Origin: Octopus sinensis
Lineage: Eukaryota
Assembly: GCF_006345805.1 (NCBI RefSeq)
Contig: NW_021835960.1
Span: forward strand, 1-64,000
Length of the DNA: 64,000 bases
Direction: 5' to 3'
The notes beneath the pieces are model-generated. The model was not told where the DNA came from, searched no databases, and saw nothing but the letters and a program-made list of their open reading frames with translations. Shown piece by piece: positions 12,251 through 24,442 of this stretch; the stretch's first letter is position 1; each line of letters starts with the position of its first letter. The position numbers and the translations under genes are program-made.

Positions 12251-13936
12251 TAATTGAGAGGTTTACCTACCAGAAAGACAGTTTTATTCAATTTTCATGT
12301 ATCACTGCTATTATTAGCAGTGTGTTTCCATCTCTCAGTTTGTCTGTCTCTTGGTTTTATTACTTTCTTTTTGAATTTGAATTTTGTGGAAATAACTGGC
12401 AGATTGTTTAGTTAGCTGAGCTTTGCTACTTTCACTATATTTATATTTTGTGGAAACAGCAACAGCTTATTTAGTTGGTTTCCTGGTTAGAAATGTATGA
12501 CATTTAATGTCTCTGTATAAATTGCATATTATATGTCATCATCATCATCATCATCACATCTGCTTTTCTATGCTCATATAGAAAAGTAGGTGTTAAATTT
12601 AATAAGGCCGATTTCTTAGAATTGGATACGCTGCTTGTCACCAACCATCATTTGTTTCCAAGCGATTTAATGTTTATTCCTAGTTCTTCAAATGTGGACA
12701 GCATAATGGCTGGGCATGTTTTTATGGAAGATTGCCGACAAACAACAATGATGGTAGTGTTTGCTTATAACTGTTGTGCAATGTTAAGACAAAGAAACTA
12801 ATTTCATAAAGAATCTGGTAGAATTCTGAATACTTCTAATCATGTGTTGCCTTGGCATGGGCCTGTATTTGTCAATGAAGTCTTAAGGGGACATTGTTGC
12901 AATTTTCAGCATAGTTTGACCATCTAAACCTGGTGGAGCCCTGTACTTAATATGTTTGACCATAGCTGAATTCTTCCAGAGAGAAAGACTCTTTGTGAAA
13001 GAGAAAGAAAGAGAATTGATTCTTGTACTAGACTGATACTTTATCACCCCTGTATCAAAGAAATGAAAGACAAAGCATATCAACAGATCATTGTAAACTC
13101 TCTACTTCATATTCATAAAGCATTTTACCACTCTTGCTCTTGTTTACATCTCCGGTTCGCATCACTTTTTAATATCTACTTAAAGACATCTGGAGTGGTC
13201 TGTTCACAGCTAAGTGTTTTAACCTTTGTGACAAATCCATTTGCGGTTACCTCTGATTCTATGCTACAAATCTTCTCCTTTTAAAATGTTTGCTGTTAAA
13301 TCAAAACCTACATTCATATTTCTATGTAAGATGCCTATGTTTGTCGCAAACACCAGCACAATAATAACAAAAGTTAGTTATTTTCCAAAATTCTTTGAAA
13401 TTTTTACATTGGTTTCAAGACAATTTCAAGAACACACTAGTAATGAATCTTAGTTAGAAATATTGTCTTGAAAAAAACTTAATAATGACTACAGTGAATT
13501 ACTAGCGATAAATTACAAACCATGGCTGATTGAATGAATGAGAGAGGCCACTATATGGTTGTTTGACTTGTCAGAAATAACAGCAATCTCTCTCAGATCA
13601 AATCCTTTAAAGGAAGAATACATTGAATAATGTAGCCATAAACATACTCCTAAACAAGATGGGGCAGTCATAGTTGGAATGTTTTCGATTGTTGGCCTGT
13701 TTGATCAGGATTGATTTGGCAATAAACATCAACAATGTTTGGCTGATTGTTGCATCCTATCTATCTATCGATTCTGCCATCTATGAGTCACATTAGCTGT
13801 TTTACTCAATTATTCTATTATCTTTATCTTCCAATCACTATGGCTTTGAAAAGCTATTGATATGTCCCTTCGGAGTAAACTATAATGCTCCCCAAAAGAG
13901 ACCCCTAAAATAAAAATTTAAAGTTTTTAGCTTAGA

Positions 13937-14810
13937 GGCACAGGCATGGCTGTGTGGTTAGGAAGATCCTTTTGCAACCATGTGGTTTTGGATTCAGTCC
14001 CACTGTATGGTACCTTGGACAAGTGTTGTCTACTATAGCTTCAGGCAACAAATGCCTTGTGAATTAATGTGGTAGATTGAAATTGTGTGGAAGCCCTATC
14101 TATCTATCTGTCTGTCTGTCTGTCTATCTATCTATGCACACACACACTCATGTATATGTGTGTCTTTGTGTCTGTATCGTCCATTGCTTGACGACTGGTG
14201 TTGGTTTGTTTATGTTCCTGTAACTTAGCAGTTCATCAAAAGTGACATGCAGGATAAGTGTAACTCCTGGGCCCAATTTGTTCAACTAAAAACCCTTGAA
14301 GGCGATGCACCAGCATGGCCACAGTCCAATGACTGAAACAAGTAAATGATAAAAGCAGATAAAAATTTATGATTTCTCTTGTGTGCATACTGTGTTAATA
14401 ACAACATTCATCATCATCATTATCATCATACAGATGCAGGCGTGGCCGTGTGGCAAGGAGTTTGCTTCTCAGCCACATGGTTCTGGGTTCAATCCCACTT
14501 TGTGGCACCTTGGGCAAATGTCATCTGCCATAGCCTCAGGCTGACCAAAGATTTGTGAGTGGATTTGGTAGACAGAAACTGAAAGGAGCCTGTCATATAT
14601 ATATATATCTGTGGGTGTCTTTGCATCTGTATTTCTCCCCCACCACCACTTGATGCTGGTGTGTCTATGTCACTGTAACTTAGCGGTTCAGCAAAAGAGC
14701 CTGATAGAATAAGTACCAGGCTTAAAAATATAAAGAAGTACATTCAACTAAAAGGTGGTGCCTCAGCATGGCCGTAGTCTAATGACTGAAACAAATAAGA
14801 GATAAAAGAT
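13937..14810 (+). mobile_element. two tandem SINE family A copies (13937-14352, 14437-14810)
   Basis: Both carry the head ggc(a/g)tggc(t/c)gtgtgg, the core ccttgg(a/g)caa and the shared tail. Confidence 0.85.
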
Positions 14811-15214
14811 ACATTTTATGTATGCCTTTCCATGCTGGCGTGGCTTGGATGGATTTTCTGAGATCTGAGTGTTTTTTTACGGTTGGATGCACTTTCTGTT
14901 GCCAACCATTTTCATTGCTTCTTACAACATGCAGCAAAGCAGTGTACCTATTTTAAAACTGTAACACACCTGGTAATGTACTATTAACAGCATTGTTATA
15001 TACTATATTTATATACTTTATAATATAATTTACATAACGTAATAATATCCTTCTTTAGTGGCCCACATAACTAAGTTGCTTAAGTAGTTATTATTAAGTG
15101 TTGTCATTGAACCTTAGGTGCCTCATTATTTAGCAGGCCTATGATCAAAGTTATTCAGCTTTGCCTATTCTATGTTATATATTTATATATAAGCCAATGT
15201 TAGCCTCCTTTTTT

Positions 15215-15440
15215 TTAACCATGTTGCTATCATATTTCTTCTGAAATACACTGCCTTTGTTTCAAATAATTTTGAAAGTAAAGAATTTATTAAAACAACT
15301 TTGTTCCTATTAAGCTGGTGTTTGGAACATAGATTTGCATGGAATTCTAATAGAAGGTTTTGGTTTAGAGCATTTTAAAACAAGCAGTTTGTATCATAGA
15401 TCCAAGGGAAGTTTCGGGTAGTTAGGTATCTAAAGGGTTG
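15215..15440. mobile_element. MITE (possibly piggyBac-type), second family
   Basis: ttaacc...ctgaaatacactgcctttgtttca...ttaagctggtgtttggaaca...aaagggttga; reverse homolog at ~25900-26130. Confidence 0.6.
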
Positions 15441-16411
15441 ATGCTATTTAAAAATTTGGTTATTTCTAGCAGGTCAAAAGGACCAAGTAAAAGCTCCCTT
15501 GAGGCATGAAGTTGCTAAATTAACTAACTATATATATAACATGCCTTTCAACATATGCCCTCTACCGTATAACCTTTTCTAGCAACATATGATGTAGGTT
15601 GGTTATGGTATGTGTTTATATTTCAGGTATATAATGCCTAAGGATCATAGGATTATAACCTTTAGGTTGGCATGTAGTTATTTATGTTATTATTATTTTT
15701 TTTTCATTTTGTATCACAATTTGGGAACAACAGCAGCATTGGTTACAGGTTTGCAATGGGCTAATTGCTGGTTCACTGCATTTCTGATGGTGTGATGGTG
15801 AGAGTATAAAGGTTGTATATGTATAACGTGAGCAGGACGAATAGCTAAAAGGACTCCATTCATAGAAGAACATTTTTCTCAGTTTTCTTGATAATGTTTG
15901 TACTCTACACTGATATCCATTGCTGAAGGATATTCACACAAACACACACTAATTTTATATATATATATATAAAATCGTTGTTTCGCAACTGTTTTCTCTC
16001 ATCTTCCTCTATCAACTGCATAATTATCATTACCATGCTGCACTTTACTCTTTCTGTACTGCCAGCCATCACCTCCTCATCCTTTGCACCAACTCCGATT
16101 TACCATCAACCAACCCTCCACTTTAGTTCATTGCATTCACCGCCATCATCTACTTCCAGCTCTAGCCATCTCCCACTTTTCCCACACACTTTTGCAGTGA
16201 GTCCTCAATAGAGTTTTTATGTGGTTGCTTGATCTGCTAAAAACAACTACCAAATCTTCCTCAAATCACACCCTGCTATCTTAAAAACAAATAAAAAAGG
16301 ACATGTTGTTCAGTGTAACTCTGGGCTCATTTGAACCTTGTAGAACTGTAATTAGAACAAACCTCAGCAAGCTCAGTGAAATTAATTTCCATTTCAATTT
16401 TTGTTTTTCAG

Positions 16412-16424
16412 TGGGTTATACAGG
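16412..16424 (+). CDS. candidate 13-nt microexon (unidentified gene)
   Basis: atttccatttcaatttttgtttttcag|tgggttatacagg|gtaagc: strong acceptor and donor, no homology evidence. Confidence 0.35.
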
Positions 16425-16479
16425 GTAAGCAAATTGCTTATAATGTTTTTTTTTTTCATTCATAAATTTTGTTGATAGA

Positions 16480-16890
16480 AGCCCGAAAGATTATCCACCA
16501 TCTCTCCAACAACAACTTTGGCCACTTTTCTTAATTCGGTATCTCTATCAAAAAACAGCATAGTACCGATAACTTTCAGAGACATTTTTCCTGCTCAGAA
16601 CTGTTGAAGCATGGAATAAGCTACCCACACTACCTGCTTCAGTTGCTAGTACCCTTCAAAAATTCCATGCTCTCTGAAATTTGTCACCACTACTGCTGAT
16701 ATGTCTGTGCGCTTTTACCGTTTTAGGACTCTTTCACTGTTCCTTTACCTGTCTTTATTCTGTGTACTGCGCATGCACTTTTGACCATTATTGCTGTCTT
16801 TCTTTACTTAACTTATTGCTGCTTTCTGTCCACTCTTCTACACCTTTTCCATTGAGATGTAGTGCACCCGGTTATATTATACAATAAGAC
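16480..16890 (+). mobile_element. CR1-clade LINE 3' end
   Basis: KIIHHLSNNNFGHF...NFQRHF / LRTVEAWNKLP motif; 3' UTR ending tgtagtgcacc, shared with 52295-52610. Confidence 0.75.
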
Positions 16891-17260
16891 TATTATCCAT
16901 TTGGAAAGGAAAGTAATGTTGGAGAGGGACCTGCTGCCCTTCCCCGACAGTAAATTTGGTAAAATGGTTAGTGAATGTTGCTTGAATGACAAATGAATGA
17001 ACCTACTCTAAGCATATGTCTGTTGGCTGAAAATTACAAAGGAGAGAGGAACACTCGCCATGGTGCTTCCAGTGAGCAGAGTGGTTTATGATCTGTAGAG
17101 TTCCTTGGTTACCCTAGCCTAGAAGTCCTGTATCAGGAGAATCACATTATCATTCCTTCATTTTCTTTTTTTTTTACCTTTTCCACTTATGCCTTATATA
17201 TGATCTATACTTGCATGCATTACTTTTGTTAATGCTATATGCCATGTATATATATGTATA

Positions 17261-17309
<49 letters not shown>

Positions 17310-17799
17310 CATATTCCATTCTATGTAAATCCTCACAATTTATATATGTCTTTGTATCATCCCCTCCTCATCATTTGTCCTAGTGGTAAGTAAACAAAAT
17401 ATTCATCATCATCATCATCATCCTCATCAACATCATCAACCACCACCATCATGATCATGATCATCATACATTTGCGCTGCATGGGGTGGATGGATCGATA
17501 AAGATCCAATCAGTCGGGGACTGCATTGTACTCATATTTTACCTTTAACTCACTGACATAATGAGTAATTTTATGAATATTGGTACTTTGGAATATCCAT
17601 AACACTAACCACACTAACAAGAAAATAAAACAATAAGTAATTTGATCAAGAAAAGTCGTTATATGGCATATACGAAAAAGACAGGATGGTTATGGCTGGA
17701 ATGGTTTTGATCAGTTGCCTGCTTCATCTAGGCTAACCTGGGGCTAAACAATAACATGTCCAATTCATAAAGCAAATGAGGAAGAGCTTTATATCTTCA

Positions 17800-17990
17800 T
17801 TTAATTTGCTAGAAATTGAAGCAAAATCTTAGTCAGATCTCACTGTACCATCTTAAATCAAGAAAGACATTGGGCAATATAGTGGTAGATATGGTATGTT
17901 TGAGATCCTGAAATGGGATGATCGTGGATGGAATGTCTCTGATCAGATGTTTGCTCAATCAGAGCAGATCTGAGGCTGTGCAGTAACATA
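17800..17990 (+). mobile_element. old abundant interspersed repeat (family E, representative copy)
   Basis: tgctagaaat...aaatct...catcttaaa...cattgg..aat.tagt...gggatg.tc.tgg.tggaatg..tctgatca; degenerate copies also at ~13560, 16230, 17680, 26330, 31740, 37270, 38690, 43070, 57100, 61320. Confidence 0.65.
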
Positions 17991-18974
17991 TCCAACTCAT
18001 ACTAGCATGGATAAAAGTTGCCTAAAAAAATGAAATACAATTTTAAATAATTAAATCATTTATTGATTATTAAATATTAAATCTCAGCTGCATGGCAAAC
18101 TCTGACTCAATTAGTTTTCATTTTCATTAAACTCATTAATTTCAATCAGTTTACATTTAGCCAGAGAGACCATTCTGACATCTTTGGCAATGCTTCTCTT
18201 GACTTTCTTGTATTCTTAGTTATCTCTCATCAACTCTGTATCTTAAAATATTATATCGTAGAGAATAATCAAATAAGGAAATTAAGTTCTTACTAAAAGC
18301 TAACATTATTTATTTGTATATTTTACAATTATATTTTTATATCTGCTGAGAAAACGGATTTCTCTGCAGCATATATTTAGAACTTTGAGCTAACAGAAAG
18401 TCCGATATGGCTGCCACTTAGTCTGAACAGAGAACACTCACAACTTCTGTACAAAATGATAACAATCAGGTGTTGGCTGTTATTCAAGGTTGTCAGTTGC
18501 AATAGAGGTTATATCTATTTGTAGCCTGATGTTTTTTTTTTTTGATTTTCTTGCTGAGGAACTGAAAAGCTCCCTCCTTGTTTAATGTGAGCTACTTACA
18601 ACTTAACCATTCATACCTGTTCAGTAAGCCATGCAATTTTCCTCAGGACAAGAGAGAGAGAGTCTAGTACTTGGTGCAATTAGCTTTTACATATTTTGCC
18701 TTTGTATGACTGCACTTATGTAACTTGATTTAAAACAAAATAGGTGAACACAATACACTTCTGTTTTATCATCTAGTTTCAAGTATTAGTTTGTGTTGGG
18801 TTTTTTTCACTATGTCAGTTTATACAACAGTTTTTCTTTGTTGAAGGAGTTGAATAAACACACAAAATATCAAAATTTGCATGAGTCCCCAGAAGAGATA
18901 TATACTCAGAGACATATGCAACATCACAGAACACAACTACAAGATTCAAAAAGCATTATCATTCTCATTTGGGT

Positions 18975-19034
<60 letters not shown>

Positions 19035-19038
<4 letters not shown>

Positions 19039-19320
19039 TCATCATTTGATGTCCGTTTTCCATGCTAGCATGGGTGGACGGTTTTGACTGAGGCCTGGCA
19101 ACCAGATGGCTGCACCAGGCTCAATGCTTGATCTGGCAGAGTTTCTACAGCTGGATGCCCTTCCTAACGCCAACCACTCCGAGAGTGTAGTGGGTGCTTT
19201 TTACATGCAACCTGCACGGGGGCCAGTCAGGCAGTACTGGCAATGACCTTGCTCGAATCTTTTTACACATGCCACTGACACAGGTGCCAGTGAAGTGACG
19301 TTGGTAACGATCACAGTTAT
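19035..19320 (-). mobile_element. SINE family D with RTE-like tail and (GAT)n end
   Basis: Reverse complement of gagtggttggcgttaggaagggcatccagctgtagaaac...cccatgctagcatggaaaacggac..tgatgatgat; also at 27335-27600, 33085-33420, 33595-33790, 40390-40760, 54362-54555. Confidence 0.85.
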
Positions 19321-19547
19321 TTAAAACAGTTTGATTTGGCTTCATGCATCTCAGTTAAAAATTTCGCAGGCTTATTACAGAAACCTAGCTCATTCAGGTT
19401 CAATTAACCAATTTGAAGTTGCATGGAGATGAATCAAACTGTTTTATATATCAGTATATATGTAATTCCTACTGAAAGTGTTGAGTGTCTCTGTCTTTCG
19501 CTTGTCCACCCTTTCAGAAATAGCTGCTACGTCAAAAGAAGAGCAAT

Positions 19548-19594
19548 TATTGCATTTAGATTGAGTCCATCTATACTGTCTCTGCTGAACCTGT
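19548..19594 (+). CDS. candidate terminal coding exon (E)IAATSKEEQLLHLD*
   Basis: Strong acceptor tctctgtctttcgcttgtccaccctttcag|; phase-1 frame ends in TGA; AATAAA near 19970. Gene unidentified. Confidence 0.3.
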
Positions 19595-20077
19595 GGCCTT
19601 TAGAAATAGATAAGGCAGTCAAGGAGTGCTGGTACTACACTGCAACCTATACAATTCATCATTGCATGTTGGATTGTGCAGTATGGCTCTTAGTTTGGCA
19701 GAAGCTGGAAAAAAAAAACAGGTCTGTGGACCATGCCTAATCATTTGGTTGACTGACTGCCATAAGTTCACTCAATCAGATCTGTTCTCAGCGAGGAAAA
19801 CTCCAGATATTTTACACCTGAACGGACATCATATAAAACAATTAAGTTACTACTTTGTTATGAAGTAGTTAATCTCAATTTAACCAATATCTCATAATAC
19901 ATAAACAGAATTCATATAACGATTGGCTTGTAAACAACAGAATATATTGCATTATATATCCTGTGGCAAAATAAAAATTACAATAATTCACAAGAAGAGT
20001 GTGTAAATAGGAAAACTTTTAGTGTAGCCATGTTAGGAACACAGCAACATATATTGTTTTTCATCAGTTAGATATGC

Positions 20078-20235
<158 letters not shown>

Positions 20236-20429
20236 TATGTATGTATGCATGAATGATGTCTGTTGCAATCATGTGTGCATGAATGAATATAGTTGGTGAT
20301 TCTGTTAGAAATAGAAGAAACTTTGATGAAAGTACAGTATTCAGTATATCAAGTAAAGAGCATATTAATTTATTTAATCACGAATGACTCTTACTGGATT
20401 AGTTTTATCGCATTCATGGAGAATTGCCA

Positions 20430-20460
<31 letters not shown>

Positions 20461-20501
20461 CAAACAAATATAGCATCATCATCATCACCATCATCAAGAT
20501 G

Positions 20502-20958
20502 GTAGGCTGGCAGAATCATTAGCACGCTGGATGAAACGATGCAAAGCATTTCATCTGTCTCTATGTTCTGAGTTCAAATTCCATCAAGATCAGCTTTGTC
20601 TTTTATCCTTTGTGGGTCGATAAAATAAGTACCAATTGATCACTGGGGTCGATGCAGTCAACTTACTCCCTCCCCTCAAATTACTTTCTTTATACCAAAA
20701 TTTGGAACCATTATTGTATTCTTTAAGGCAGCAAGCTGGCAGAATCGTCTATACACCAAAGAAAATGCTCAGTGGCATCTCTACCACCTTTACATTCTGA
20801 GTTCAAATTCTTCTGAAGTTGACTTTGCCTTTCGTCCTCTCAGGCATGATATATATGTACCAGTCAAATACTAGGGCTGATGTAATTGACTATCCCCCAT
20901 AACCCCAAAATTTCAAGCCTTGCACCTATAGTAGAAGGAATTATTATTATTATTATTA

Positions 20959-21010
<52 letters not shown>

Positions 21011-21250
21011 CATTATTATTATTATGTGTTTTTTTAAGGCGGTGAGCTGGCAGAATTGTTAGTATGCCGGGCAAAATGCTCAGTGACATTTCATTCATCT
21101 TTACTACACTGTGAGTTCAAATTCCACTGTGGTCAGCTTTGCCTTTCATCCTTTCGGGGTTGATAAATTAAGTACCTGTCAAACACTGAGGTCGATTTAA
21201 TAGACTCATCCCCTCTCCTGAAATTTCAGGCCTTGTACTTTTAGTAGAAA
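20502..21250 (+). mobile_element. three tandem SINE family B copies
   Basis: Starts at ~20502, ~20724, ~21037; the last follows an (ATT)n tract at 20941-21024. Confidence 0.85.
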
Positions 21251-21879
21251 AGGTTATTATTATCATTATTGTTCTGTAAAAGAGATATCAAGCTATGAAA
21301 TGTACCAGAATTTATTGCTATATAATTTAAAATCTGCCATTGATGATTTTATCAGTTATAAAATAATTCCCACAACACTTTGAAGCTTATTACAAAATGT
21401 GCAGACTGTATATCATTACAACAGGTCTCAAAATGTCAGACTAATGAATTCAGGAATATTTCAGGAATTATTAAATAATTATGCTCTCTATATTATATAT
21501 AATACATAATCTCTATGATAATATAATCATTAAATGTTTTGTGTTTGTTCAGCTTATTAGCTTAGTTCCAATAAATAGTGCTATTTTGGTTATTTGTTCA
21601 ATTTAATTGATTGTATGCTAAACATCATTCAAATTCCCTGCTGTATCTAAGTATGCTATTAATATCCTATATTATGACAATGTAAACAAGAAAGAAATGG
21701 CAAACATGACACAATCCAGGTGAAAATGCTTTCATGTGTATAGCTGTCAACTTCAGTAGCTGGTCACTCTGTTGGGTTTACTTGGGATGCTCATCCCTTT
21801 CTCCTTCATACTTATTCTCCTTGTTCATCAACCTCTTGCATGCTTTTTCCTTTTTTGGTGTAATCTTTTATTTTTTTAC

Positions 21880-22440
21880 TTGTTTCAGTTATTGAACTGC
21901 AGCCTTATTAGGGCACTGTCTTGAAGGGTTTAGTCAGACAAATTGACCCCCAGTACCTATTTTTTTTCACTTTCTTCTGTTGAACTGCTAAGTTATGTGA
22001 GTGTAAACAACCCAATACTGTGACAAACACACACACACATTTATATATACACACACAATGGTCTTTCTTATTTCTTTATTGCCCACAAGGGGCTAAACAT
22101 AAAGTGGACAAACAAGGACAGACAAAGGGATTAAGTCGATTACATCGGCCCCAGTGCGTAACTGGTACTTAATTTTTTGACCCTGAAAGGATGAAAGGCA
22201 AAGTCGACCTCAGCAGAATTTGAACTTAGGACATAACGGCAGACGAAATACCGATAAGCATTTTACCTGGCATGCTAATGATTCTGCCAGCTCGCCATCT
22301 TTCACCTACCAAATTCACTCACAAAGCATTTGCTGGCTCAAGAACTATTGTAGAAGGCACTTTGTCCAAGGTGTTGCAAAGATGGACAGAACCCAAAATC
22401 ATAAGGTTACAAAGTGAGGTTCTTAACCATACAGCCCAAA
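21880..22440 (-). mobile_element. SINE family A interrupted by SINE family B (22068-22298)
   Basis: Family A tail 21880-22050, then a full reverse family B copy, then family A resumes at ctttcacctaccaaattcactcac. Confidence 0.75.
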
Positions 22441-22579
22441 CCCCACCATACATTTTTCAATGCATTAGCATACTGCTTTGTAATCTAGTGCACTTCATAC
22501 ATCTGTTCTTGTCTGGGTGTAAAACACTGGCAAACTCCTTGCCTTTAGTTTTTCACTTCGGTTAAGTATATCTGATCTC

Positions 22580-22996
22580 GGATCTTTTCAGTTTGAACGG
22601 CAGTTTTTTCTAGCGGTGTCATATGAAATTGTCACCCATAATTATGACCCTAGAATCGATCTATTGCATTTCAAACTCTTTTAGGCTTAGGGTTAGGGGT
22701 GGGAGAAGGGTATCTTTTTTTCTTCAGAAATGTAAATAAACCCAATCTGTTTCTTAAACGAGGGACATATTCATACAACACAGAATGCTTTTTAACTCAA
22801 TAGACATCACTGATTGGTTGAAATTGCAGAAATTGAAGAAAAAAAACAACAAATATCTTACAAACCATAGAATTTTCTCAATAAAGCCAAGAGAAAAAGA
22901 TGTTTTATTAAATACATTCTACCAGTATACGGAGTTTAAAATTTTTTAGTTAACTAGAAATTATGTTAAAAACCGCCGTTCAAACCGAAAAGATCC
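22580..22996. mobile_element. MITE with 22-bp TIRs and 8-bp TSD (Merlin/MULE/hAT-type)
   Basis: TIRs ggatcttttcagtttgaacggc / gccgttcaaaccgaaaagatcc (1 mismatch); ctgatctc duplicated at 22572-22579 and 22997-23004. Confidence 0.9.
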
Positions 22997-23057
22997 CTGA
23001 TCTCTAGCTTCTCTTCATGCTACTTGATATTATTCCATCCTTTCTCACCACTTCGTT

Positions 23058-23190
23058 CCAGGAAGATGTGGGTTGAAGTATTGAAAAAGGATCTTCAGAT
23101 GTTGGGCCCCACAGAGGGGATGACAAGGGCCTGAAACTTCTGGGGGTTTGCTGTGCTTGAGAAGACCTATCATGCTAAGTAAAATCATGG
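23058..23190 (+). mobile_element. RTE-like LINE 3' coding end
   Basis: RKMWVEVLKKDLQMLGPTEGMTR...FAVLEKTYHAK* resembles the RTE C-terminal W..DL..LG..DR..W motif. Confidence 0.55.
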
Positions 23191-23329
23191 CAATCCTTGC
23201 ATACAGGCATGTCCCCTACATCCCTCTTCAGTTGAGTGATCCTAATCTTGCGGTCTCATGGGTGCTGGTGTCACATAAAACCACGCATGCCGGTGCCACG
23301 CAGAAACACCTAGTACACTCGGTAAAGCT

Positions 23330-23880
23330 TGTATCCCAACCATGTGGTTTTGGGTTCAGTCCTGCTGCAAAGTACCTTGGGCAAGTGTCTTCTACTATGG
23401 TCTTTGGCTGACCAATGCCTTGTGAGTGAATTAGGTAGAAGGAAATTGAAAAAAGCCTGTCGTATATGTGTGTGTGTGTGTGTGTGTGTCTATGTCCCCC
23501 ACCATTGACTGACAACTGATGTTGGTGTGTTTACATCCCTGTGACTTAGCAGTTCAGAAAAGAGATCAATGAAATAGAAACTAGGCGTACAAAAAAATAA
23601 GAGCTGGAGTAGATTCATTTACTAAAACCCTGCAAAGTGGTGCTCCAGCATGGCCACAGTCAAATGACTGAGACAAGTAAAAGATAAGAGATATCATTAC
23701 CTTTAAGGTGGCAAGATGGCAGAATTGTTAGCATGCTGGGCAAAATGCTTAGCGGCATTCTGTCTGTCTTTGTGTTCTGAGTTCCAATTCCGTTGTATAG
23801 ACTTTACCTTTTATCCTTTAGGGGGCAATAAAATAAGTACCAGGTGAGCACTGGGGTTCATATAGTTGACCTACACCATC
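23330..23880 (+). mobile_element. SINE family A followed by SINE family B
   Basis: Shared family motifs. Confidence 0.8.
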
Positions 23881-23989
23881 CCTTAAAGTCACCAGCATAG
23901 TAACAAAGTTGCTGTCATTTGTTATCAAGGTAGTCTGAAGATGAAGAGAACTCAATACAAGATAATTGTAGCATAAGAATTCATTGTGG

Positions 23990-24310
23990 GAATATATAGT
24001 GTAAAGTCTTTATACGTGTGTGTGTGTTCGTTTGTATATATGTATATACACACAGATACACATGTATATATGCTCATTCATACGTGTATATGTACTTGCA
24101 TACATACTTACATGTGTGTGTGTGTGTGTGTACATATGCACACATACAGATCTGTGTGTATGTGTATGCATCCACACATGAATATACTTATACATATGTG
24201 TACATATAAACATATATTTACACAGGCATGTATATATATGTGTGTATGTATGTATGTGTGTGTGTGTATACACACACACATGCATGCACACACACACACA
24301 CATGCTCATT
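23990..24310. repeat. degenerate TG/TA/CA low-complexity tract
   Basis: Direct reading. Confidence 0.9.
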
Positions 24311-24403
24311 TATAGAGGTTCTCCAAACTTACGACTGCACAAACTGCAAGTGAAATTAATAAAAGCAAATTATTAATGGAATGCATTATTTTTCAATATT
24401 TTT

Positions 24404-24442
<39 letters not shown>

